Positions 50,849-58,644 of a stretch of DNA of 64,000 nt are shown one piece after another. Both the position numbers and the translations under genes were made by a program. Positions within the stretch are counted from its first letter, which is position 1. Every line of letters starts with the position of its first letter. The notes beneath the pieces were generated by a model. It saw nothing but the letters and a program-made list of their open reading frames with translations. It had not been told where the DNA came from and searched no databases. This DNA comes from a virus. The DNA is taken from the IMG/VR virus record IMGVR_UViG_3300046323_000234; one strand, written 5' to 3'.

Positions 50849-50995
50849 ATGGCAACAGTTTACAAAGTAGAAGTAGTATCTCATTGGATTAGCTACTCAA
50901 AGGAAGAACTCGAAAAGATACTGACAGAAGCAGTAAAGGAGATTGAACGTGAAAAAGGAAATGAGATACAGATTAGAGTGGAAGAACGTAAGTAA
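50849..50995 (+). CDS. 48-aa cassette-like gene
   Basis: Read by hand: MATVYKVEVVSHWISYSKEELEKILTEAVKEIEREKGNEIQIRVEERK; flanked by 21-bp inverted repeats. Confidence 0.65.
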   Translation: MATVYKVEVVSHWISYSKEELEKILTEAVKEIEREKGNEIQIRVEERK

Positions 50996-51118
50996 TTTTT
51001 ATTGCTTATAACGATTATATATAAGCAATAAAATATAAAGTATTGAAAATTAATATTTTACAACACGAAAACTACTGACTATTACGAAATTTGTAAACAA
51101 AAATTGAAATATTAACAC

Positions 51119-51730
51119 ATGTTATCAAACCTAGCAAATATCATCTCAGATGATTCATTATTTAATTATAGTAATATCCCCTATATAAACTATTATAGTT
51201 CAACAGACACAATAATAGATACTAAATTACCAACACTAATAATTGGTTATAAACTAGCAAAACAAATATACAATTCTGGGATTGATATATTAAATAAGGT
51301 TGTTGCACCAAACCAAAAATATTGGACTTTTACAGCTGAGGAAAGAAATTTAGATTATATAAAAGATACCAAGCATTTTGTTGATAATGTAATAGGATAT
51401 TATCAATCCAATCAGAAATATATCAATTATGATCCATTATTTGCAAACAGTAAATCAATATATGATTTTATTGATTATATAAAAAATAAAGAGATAAAAT
51501 CATATAAGAATAAATATTCATTATATATAAAAACTGAAGATACAATTTTTGGATTTGATATGAGAATAATAGATAAATACTATCCAAATAACAATTTAAT
51601 AAATATTATATCAAACAAATCCAATTATTATCTTGATGATAATAATCTTATATTAAGCAGTTGTATAAAAAAATATGGAAATGAAATAAGTAATTGTAAA
51701 AAAATAATTGTTAATCTAATATCTGAATGA
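51119..51730 (+). CDS. Hypothetical protein
   Basis: 203-aa ORF (LPTLIIGY, YWTF..EE). Confidence 0.65.
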   Translation: MLSNLANIISDDSLFNYSNIPYINYYSSTDTIIDTKLPTLIIGYKLAKQIYNSGIDILNKVVAPNQKYWTFTAEERNLDYIKDTKHFVDNVIGYYQSNQKYINYDPLFANSKSIYDFIDYIKNKEIKSYKNKYSLYIKTEDTIFGFDMRIIDKYYPNNNLINIISNKSNYYLDDNNLILSSCIKKYGNEISNCKKIIVNLISE

Positions 51731-51974
51731 AACAACATATTATAAAAGACTATAAACTAAAAGTCCAACATGATTTTCTCGTACTAGAGGCGGTATTTAT
51801 ATCATCACAAATTCAAAATATTTGGATTCAATATTAAATGAAATTGTTTTTAATAATTTCACAAAAGAAGAATATATTGAGATGTTATCAAATATGCGTG
51901 AAAATCCAAATGAACAGACTTCAAGTTATAAAACGGCTATTAATGGTTTATTCGTTAACGTTTTAAAATTATAA
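51727..51974 (+). pseudogene. Frameshifted CxYIxEI-family member
   Basis: The ATG 51727 frame stops after 36 codons. The -1 frame encodes IYIITNSKYLDSILNEIVFNNFTKEE, homologous to IYIQLSTNSLYLDEILRMILNNLTNEE in the next gene. Confidence 0.6.
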
Positions 51975-51975
51975 T

Positions 51976-52680
51976 ATGGTACTTAGAATTATTAAATGTA
52001 ATAATATATTGTTAAAATCAATATCTGGGATTATTCCTAGTGATATTTTAAGTCCAAATGGTAAATTTATTTATATTCAGTTATCAACTAATAGTTTATA
52101 TTTAGATGAGATTTTACGGATGATTTTAAATAATTTAACCAACGAAGAAAATTCGGATTTGATGGGGTGTATAAAAACATATAAGTTTATTAGCGAAAAT
52201 AATCATTATCAAAAGAGATTACTACATGGTTATTATTGTAAAATAATTGAATTGTAATATATTACCAGATGATAAAAATAGTTAATAATTGCTCAAGTTA
52301 TTTAAATCCAATCCTAAATCAGATTCAAGATTCGTTATTACCAATTGAAATATTTGATTATATTGGTTATGAAATTTATATGAAAATTGGAAAACAGTTG
52401 TTAAATGTAAATGGTGGTAAAATATATTTAGAAACAGCTAGATATTATATAATAAATGATTTGATATATGTTAAATGCGTTTTAAATGAATAGTTTAAAT
52501 GTTGATATTAAATTTAAGTGCTGTAAACATGTTCAAGATATTATTATATTGATAGATAAAAACCTTTTAATAGATGAAAGATCAGATTGGTTTGATGTTA
52601 CCAGAATCTATTATCGTGAAAAATTAGAAAATAAATTCAATGTGATTGGAGATTTAATTTATTTGGAAATAACCGATTAA
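51976..52680 (+). CDS. Three CxYIxEI-family micro-proteins (51976-52257, 52269-52493, 52486-52680)
   Basis: NSLYLDEILRMILNNLTNEE; CSSYLNPILNQIQDSLLPIEI; CCKHVQDIIILIDKNLLIDE. Confidence 0.7.
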
Positions 52681-52701
52681 ATAATATTTTCTAACTAATT
52701 A

Positions 52702-52709
52702 CTATTTAT
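52702..52709 (+). promoter_or_regulatory. Candidate late promoter CTATTTAT
   Basis: 18 nt upstream of ATG 52728. Confidence 0.6.
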
Positions 52710-52727
52710 ATAAAATATATTAGTAAT

Positions 52728-52910
52728 ATGGAAAATATAAATGACAAACTAAGTGCATTTTTGGGAAAAAAAGATGTAAAGAAATCCAGAAAGAATATTA
52801 ATAACGATAATGGTACAAAGATAATTCAAGAAAAGGATGGCTTGCTTGAGCGTATTGATGTAAAATTCATTACAGAAGATGGTAAACAATTACTTACCGA
52901 AGTTTATTAA
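52728..52910 (+). CDS. Small late protein
   Basis: DGLLERIDVKFITEDGKQLLTE; late motif upstream. Confidence 0.65.
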   Translation: MENINDKLSAFLGKKDVKKSRKNINNDNGTKIIQEKDGLLERIDVKFITEDGKQLLTEVY

Positions 52911-52936
52911 TATTTAACATAAATCCAAAAAACATT

Positions 52937-53623
52937 ATGAAAAAAAGAAACGAATTATCGGATTTCAAAAAGAAATTTGGATATATATTAGAATATAAAA
53001 TCAACAACGAATCCAATCTAATGAGAGAGGATTTCGATGATGATACTATTGCTGGCCAAATGAATAGTATTGAAGAAGCTGATGAAACACCAGCAGAACC
53101 AAAACCTGATGCGTCTGGTGGTGATGTTAAACCAGCACCAACCGTTCCAGCACCAGAAAAGCCAAAACAAGAGATTAAACCAGATCCAATGGCTGAACCA
53201 CCAACATCTGTTGGAAATGAACCACCACAAGGGCCACAAGGCGAAGTTATGGGTAATGGTGAACCAGTTGAAAATCCACAAAATGATTTAATGAGAGATC
53301 AAGTATCATTTATGGAGAAGTTTGTAACAACATTGCAATCAATTGACAGTAACATGTCTCTAATGAATCAAAAAATGGATAAATATCAACAAGAACTCAA
53401 TAAGATGAGATTGGATGTTGAAGAAGTTAGAGAACCATCTGATGAAGAGAAACTTGAGATGCAAAGCTTAAAAGCTTATCCATATAATCAAAAATTAAGT
53501 GATGTGTTTGGTGATAAATTTAGAAATGATGATCAAAGCGTAAAGAAAGAATTTTCAACGGAATTTATTCCAAATGTAAATATTCAAGATAAAACAGTTT
53601 CAGATAGTTTTAACGATTTTTAA
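52937..53623 (+). CDS. Acidic Pro-rich coiled-coil protein (prohead core/scaffold-like)
   Basis: Pro/Glu low-complexity linker, coiled coil, EEKLEMQSLKAYPYNQKL. Confidence 0.55.
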   Translation: MKKRNELSDFKKKFGYILEYKINNESNLMREDFDDDTIAGQMNSIEEADETPAEPKPDASGGDVKPAPTVPAPEKPKQEIKPDPMAEPPTSVGNEPPQGPQGEVMGNGEPVENPQNDLMRDQVSFMEKFVTTLQSIDSNMSLMNQKMDKYQQELNKMRLDVEEVREPSDEEKLEMQSLKAYPYNQKLSDVFGDKFRNDDQSVKKEFSTEFIPNVNIQDKTVSDSFNDF

Positions 53624-53624
53624 T

Positions 53625-54077
53625 ATGTCTAAGAATAAACAAAAATTATTTGAAATGATGAGTAAGATTGATTCATCATTTAAAAGACCAATTAATGAAG
53701 CTGTTGATTTAAACGTTGTTAGAAAACAAATCGAACAATATTATTCCAAATTTAAAGAATTGGAGAATAAGTTAAATCAACATTCAACAGATGAATTAAT
53801 AAATAATTATATATTCAGTGAGGTTTTTGATGAAGTGACAAAATTAAAAGAGTCTTTCAATAATATAGATACTGCATTTTATAACGATTTTAATCAGATT
53901 GGTGATGATACACCAGAAGAATCAACTATATATGATGAATATTCAGAAGTTGATAATGAATTAGGTAAATTTAAAAATCTGGTTGATAATTTTTATGATG
54001 ATTTGGAAACGATGAAAAGTGCATTTGATATGCTTGGTGATTTATCTAGAGGAACAAGATATTTTAATCCGAGATAA
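53625..54077 (+). CDS. Acidic helical late protein (possible internal head protein)
   Basis: Basic leader ending INE, followed by an acidic helical body. Confidence 0.5.
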   Translation: MSKNKQKLFEMMSKIDSSFKRPINEAVDLNVVRKQIEQYYSKFKELENKLNQHSTDELINNYIFSEVFDEVTKLKESFNNIDTAFYNDFNQIGDDTPEESTIYDEYSEVDNELGKFKNLVDNFYDDLETMKSAFDMLGDLSRGTRYFNPR

Positions 54078-54102
54078 ATAACAACATTAAATAATAATAT
54101 TT

Positions 54103-54132
54103 AAGGCTACACATTAATTTATGTAGCCTTTT
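54103..54132 (+). terminator. Rho-independent terminator
   Basis: aaggctaca / tgtagcctt stem plus T tail; immediately followed by CTATTTAT at 54133. Confidence 0.7.
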
Positions 54133-54158
54133 CTATTTATATATAAAGAAAATATAAT

Positions 54159-55535
54159 ATGTCATTCCACAGATCCTATTTTGAGAAAAATAATACATTA
54201 ATTTACCGAAATGTAACTAATAATGGAAAAAATCCAGTAACCGAAATATTTTATGGTGGAAGAGTGGATGATATTAATTTCAGTAGGTTTATATTTAAAC
54301 CCAATCTAACAGATTTAACACATAAAGTAACTGGTGATACATTATTGCAAACAAATATAACATCACATAAGTTAAAAATATTCAATACAATATCCTATAG
54401 ACCAGATTTGATTGGTGGATTATTTTCAGACCAAATAACAAAAAGAGCATCAAGCTTTAAATTAATACTGTTCAAGATAAACCAAGAATGGGATGAAGGT
54501 AATGGATTTGAATTCTATTATGATACAACAACATTACAAGGAATAATTTATAGTGGACATTCAAACTGGTTCTATGCAAAAAACTATATTGCTTGGAGTG
54601 GTGAAGGTGTATATAATTTTACACCAGAGATTATAACCACATTGGATTATGATAATGGTGATGAAAATATCGATGTAGACATATCAAATTATGTTAATAA
54701 TGTATTATACTCTGGTGCTACAAATTATGGCATTGGAATAGCGTTTTCATCATCCACTGAGCAAATTATAACCACACAAAGATATGCCGTTGGCTTTCAT
54801 ACAAAATATACAAATACATTCTTTGAACCATATGTTGAAACAACATTCAATGATAATGTAACTGACGATAGAAACTTCTTTTATTTAGATAAAGCAAATA
54901 AACTGTATCTAATACCAAGATTCGGTAATTCATTATCAGATGTAACAGTTAATTCAGTAACTATATACGATTTTAATGATTTAGTTATTGATACATTAAC
55001 TGGTAATTCAATTAATAGATTATCAAAAGGAATCTATAATATAGATTATTCAGTATTATCAGCAGACTATCCAGATGCTGTTATATTCAGAGATGTGTGG
55101 AATGTTACATATAATAATATAACAAAAGACATAGAACAAGAGTTTTATTTGATAGATCAATTTAATTATTATAAATTTAATGATAATAAAATATCTAACG
55201 AAAGAAATTATTCAGTATCGTATTCTGGAATCGCAGATGATGAATCAATAAGGCCAAATGGTGTTAGAAAAATAAAATTATATATAAAACAATTCTATCA
55301 ACATAATAATCTACCTTTTGAAATAGATTATAGAATATATGTTAAACAAGGTGATAATATACATATTGATGTAATCCCCTTTACAAATGTTAATAGATTG
55401 GGAAACGATTATTGGTTTGACCTAGATACTAACTGGCTAATCCAAAATACATACTTTATCGAACTTAGATTAAAATTGGATGGACAATATTTTATAAAAT
55501 CACCAATCAAATTTAAAATAGTCGGCAATAAATAA
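54159..55535 (+). CDS. Virion structural protein (beta-sandwich domains)
   Basis: FSRFIFK, WDEGNG, FHTKYTNTFFEPY; own late motif 18 nt upstream. Confidence 0.6.
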   Translation: MSFHRSYFEKNNTLIYRNVTNNGKNPVTEIFYGGRVDDINFSRFIFKPNLTDLTHKVTGDTLLQTNITSHKLKIFNTISYRPDLIGGLFSDQITKRASSFKLILFKINQEWDEGNGFEFYYDTTTLQGIIYSGHSNWFYAKNYIAWSGEGVYNFTPEIITTLDYDNGDENIDVDISNYVNNVLYSGATNYGIGIAFSSSTEQIITTQRYAVGFHTKYTNTFFEPYVETTFNDNVTDDRNFFYLDKANKLYLIPRFGNSLSDVTVNSVTIYDFNDLVIDTLTGNSINRLSKGIYNIDYSVLSADYPDAVIFRDVWNVTYNNITKDIEQEFYLIDQFNYYKFNDNKISNERNYSVSYSGIADDESIRPNGVRKIKLYIKQFYQHNNLPFEIDYRIYVKQGDNIHIDVIPFTNVNRLGNDYWFDLDTNWLIQNTYFIELRLKLDGQYFIKSPIKFKIVGNK

Positions 55536-55596
55536 TTTATTATATTTAATAATAAAATATTTTTCTAACTATTTATATTAGAATAAACGTGAATGT

Positions 55597-55640
55597 AATA
55601 AATCTAAAAATATTATAAGAAAAATATTTTTAGATTTATT
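55597..55640. repeat. Perfect 18-bp inverted repeat
   Basis: aataaatctaaaaatatt (55597-55614) / aatatttttagatttatt (55623-55640). Confidence 0.8.
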
Positions 55641-55650
55641 CAAAATAAAA

Positions 55651-55681
55651 TTGACAACTGAATTAATATAGATGATATTTG
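55651..55681 (+). promoter_or_regulatory. Bacteroidota-type promoter for the SSB/UvsX operon
   Basis: TTG(ACA)-N20-GATATTTG, one mismatch. Confidence 0.55.
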
Positions 55682-55763
55682 TGTCATCAAGTAATGAAAA
55701 ACATTCGAATGTAACAAACTTGAAAATTAAAATAAACAATTATAAACAAAACGTGCTAAACAA

Positions 55764-56876
55764 ATGGAAAACGAATTTGAAGACTCATTGGATGAATTAT
55801 TAGATCATTATAATTCAACACATGAAAAAAAGGGATCAGGTGTAATCCCAAGAGAAGAACTAATGAAAAAGTTCTTTGTACCACAAAATGCCACAGAAGA
55901 ATTTAGAGTGGTTAAACAACCATCTAAAGACGGTGATAAACTTTCATACACCGAGACTGCTCACTTTCACGAAATCAAAGTAGGTGAAAAATATAGAAAA
56001 GCTTATTGCTTTAAACACAATGATGACACCAGATGTCCAATGTGTGAAATGGAAGGATTTCTTTTAGGTAAACAATTGAAAAAGAAGTTTGCTGACATGA
56101 CTCCAGAAGAAAAAGAAAAAAATGATAAGATTTATAAATTGTCATTAAAATTCAAAGCAAAAAAATTCTATATCATCAAAGGTCTTGATAGAGGTCAAGA
56201 AAAAGATGGTGTTAAATTCTGGAGATTTAAACACAATTATAAAATGCAAGGTGTTTATGATAAACTGGTAGCAGCAGTTAAATTTTCAAAACAAGAAAAT
56301 AATATCATTTATACTGATGTACTTAATGGTGTCGATCTACAAATTAATGTAGCTGATGATAAAATGCCAAACGGCAAAAAATTCAAAACAGTTACATCAA
56401 TCATGGCCAAATCCAAAACATCTCCTTTAAGTTTGGATGATGCAAAACAAAAAGCATGGTCAACAGACACACTAAAGTGGACAGATGTATTTAAACCATT
56501 GAAAGCACCACATGTGGATGAAATTAAGTTCCTAGAACTTGCAGCTAAAGGTGTAGCACCATTCTATGATGAAAAAGTTAAAAGATGGTATGCACCAGAA
56601 AATCCAGATTTGGAAGCTAAAATGAACGAAAGAACTCAAAATCTTGAAGCCAAAGAAGAAGAATCATCTTTTGGTGGTGATAATGAGTTTGAGGATGAAA
56701 TTAGTCAATTAATGAACGATAAAAAAGCTGCATCAAAAACTGCTGATATTGAATCAATGCCAACATCACAAGTCGCAACCAAAAAAGCATCAACCAAAGA
56801 AGCAGTTAAAGAAACTGTTAAAACTCTGGATGATAATGATGGTCTAGGCTTTGATGATGATGACCTACCGTTCTAA
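55764..56876 (+). CDS. T4 gp32-like single-stranded DNA-binding protein
   Basis: HFHEI...CFKH...CPMCE zinc site, VKFWRF, D..NGVDLQI, acidic tail ending DDDDLPF; upstream of the recombinase. Confidence 0.8.
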   Translation: MENEFEDSLDELLDHYNSTHEKKGSGVIPREELMKKFFVPQNATEEFRVVKQPSKDGDKLSYTETAHFHEIKVGEKYRKAYCFKHNDDTRCPMCEMEGFLLGKQLKKKFADMTPEEKEKNDKIYKLSLKFKAKKFYIIKGLDRGQEKDGVKFWRFKHNYKMQGVYDKLVAAVKFSKQENNIIYTDVLNGVDLQINVADDKMPNGKKFKTVTSIMAKSKTSPLSLDDAKQKAWSTDTLKWTDVFKPLKAPHVDEIKFLELAAKGVAPFYDEKVKRWYAPENPDLEAKMNERTQNLEAKEEESSFGGDNEFEDEISQLMNDKKAASKTADIESMPTSQVATKKASTKEAVKETVKTLDDNDGLGFDDDDLPF

Positions 56877-56891
56877 TCCAAAATAACCCCT

Positions 56892-56954
56892 AATCCATCT
56901 ATTTCATAATTTAGTTATATTATATAATTAGAGAGTGAAGTAGATGGATTTTTT
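56892..56954 (+). terminator. Hairpin/terminator after the SSB gene
   Basis: aatccatcta / tagatggatt stem with a long loop and T tail. Confidence 0.5.
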
Positions 56955-56969
56955 ATCCCTATTAAAAAA

Positions 56970-57497
56970 ATGAAAACTTTTAAAAATAAAGATGATTTTA
57001 AAACCAATATAATCAAATATATTTTGATTGGTATTGAAAATAATACTTTTAAAGTAGAATTTGATTATCCAAGTGGTAACCTATTAAATTTATCAAATGA
57101 TTATATATTCAGTTGTAACTTTTATGAATATGATGATCATTCATTTAACATTCAATATACTTTTTCAAATATTGCAGATTGTTTAAATCTAACAAAAGAT
57201 GAATATAATTTAATCATGTATGCTTGCTATGAACATACCTATAGTAACGATATAATGAATGGATTATTGGATTTGATTAAAGAAAATGAAGATAATTCAC
57301 ATTTTGATGATTCATTGAATAATGATGATGACTTATTAAAAATGGTTGATCTTATTGATAATAAATGGAATGAATATAGAAATATTACTAATAATAATGA
57401 TGCTTGGACTTTTAAAGAGTGGTTAAAAAGTAAATACGATAATAGGAATGACGTTTTTGGATTGGATGAAGCAAAGGATGATGACTTGCCCTTTTAA
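56970..57497 (+). CDS. Acidic hypothetical protein with SSB-like tail DDDLPF
   Basis: C-terminus EAKDDDLPF. Confidence 0.65.
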   Translation: MKTFKNKDDFKTNIIKYILIGIENNTFKVEFDYPSGNLLNLSNDYIFSCNFYEYDDHSFNIQYTFSNIADCLNLTKDEYNLIMYACYEHTYSNDIMNGLLDLIKENEDNSHFDDSLNNDDDLLKMVDLIDNKWNEYRNITNNNDAWTFKEWLKSKYDNRNDVFGLDEAKDDDLPF

Positions 57498-57527
57498 AAT
57501 AATAAAAAATATAAACAAATAAATACA

Positions 57528-58586
57528 ATGACAACAGTACGTGGAGCAGTAAAAAAGAAAGAGTTTTCCCTTGGTGATTATAAGAAAACAAAGGGAATTG
57601 ATAAAACAATGAGAAATAAGCCAGATAGGTGGATACCAGCATCAAAGGCATTTAAAGAGATAACTGGCTTACCAGGAGCGATTTATATGTCTGGATCGCA
57701 CTTTATATTCGGCTATGAAAATTCTGGGAAAACGACTTTAATCCTAGAAGCGGCTATATCAGCCCAGAAAATGAATATACTCCCAGTATTCTTAATGACC
57801 GAACAAAAACATAAATGGGATCATGCAAAGACGATGGGTTTTGAAGTTAATGAGATTGTTGATGCAGATGGTGTTGTAAGCTATGATGGATTTTTTTTAT
57901 ATTATGATAGACATAATTTTAGTACAGTTGAAGAACTTGCTAAAGTTATTCATGGTTTAATTGATGACCAAGAAGCTGGTAAATTACCATATGATTTATT
58001 GTTTCTCATTGATAGTTTTGGAAAATTAAACTGCGATAAGGGGGTAAAAAATAAGAACCAATTCAACCCTCAATGGATCAGTTCTTCCATTGCACACGAA
58101 TTTGGAGCTAGTGTAATTCCAAGAATTAATATGAGTATTAGTGAAAAATCTCAATATACAAACACACTTGTTCAAATTATTCAACCTTGGACTGAACTAC
58201 CAGATGTATATGGTGCTTTACCAAAGTTAACGCCAAAGGGTGGTAAATCATTACCACAAGATTCATCAATTGGATATAAATTTGGATCTAATACAAATAG
58301 TGGCACTTCAAGTATGAAGTTGAAAAAGAAGGGTCGTGAAATTGTTTGGGGTACTAGAACCAAAGTTGAGGTTGTGAAAAATCACATCACAATGTTATCG
58401 ACTAAAGGTAAATTAATCGCAACACCACATGGTTTTATTCTTGAAGATGAAGAAAAGGAGTATCTAGCAAAACATGCTGAATATTTTCTAGCACAATTAA
58501 ATACAGATAGTTTTGATGATGTGGAATTTTTTGAAGAAGATAATTCAGATGATGAACCAACCACAATAGAAGATATACTTGATTAA
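57528..58586 (+). CDS. uvsX: RecA/UvsX-like recombinase
   Basis: Walker A GYENSGKTT, TEQK, Walker B FLIDSFG, TPKGG, VVKNH. Confidence 0.88.
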   Translation: MTTVRGAVKKKEFSLGDYKKTKGIDKTMRNKPDRWIPASKAFKEITGLPGAIYMSGSHFIFGYENSGKTTLILEAAISAQKMNILPVFLMTEQKHKWDHAKTMGFEVNEIVDADGVVSYDGFFLYYDRHNFSTVEELAKVIHGLIDDQEAGKLPYDLLFLIDSFGKLNCDKGVKNKNQFNPQWISSSIAHEFGASVIPRINMSISEKSQYTNTLVQIIQPWTELPDVYGALPKLTPKGGKSLPQDSSIGYKFGSNTNSGTSSMKLKKKGREIVWGTRTKVEVVKNHITMLSTKGKLIATPHGFILEDEEKEYLAKHAEYFLAQLNTDSFDDVEFFEEDNSDDEPTTIEDILD

Positions 58587-58590
58587 AATT

Positions 58591-58634
58591 AATATATTGG
58601 ATTTGACCAAACCAATCAAATCCAATATATTTTT
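58591..58634 (+). terminator. Perfect 16-bp hairpin (terminator or translational operator of the endonuclease)
   Basis: aatatattggatttga / tcaaatccaatatatt with a 9-nt loop, 13 nt upstream of ATG 58645. Confidence 0.7.
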
Positions 58635-58644
58635 CACAATTTAA

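Noticed and set aside
50698-50892. 64-aa ORF in the track
   Set aside because: It translates through the attC-like palindrome and overlaps two better ORFs (50517-50729 and 50849-50995).
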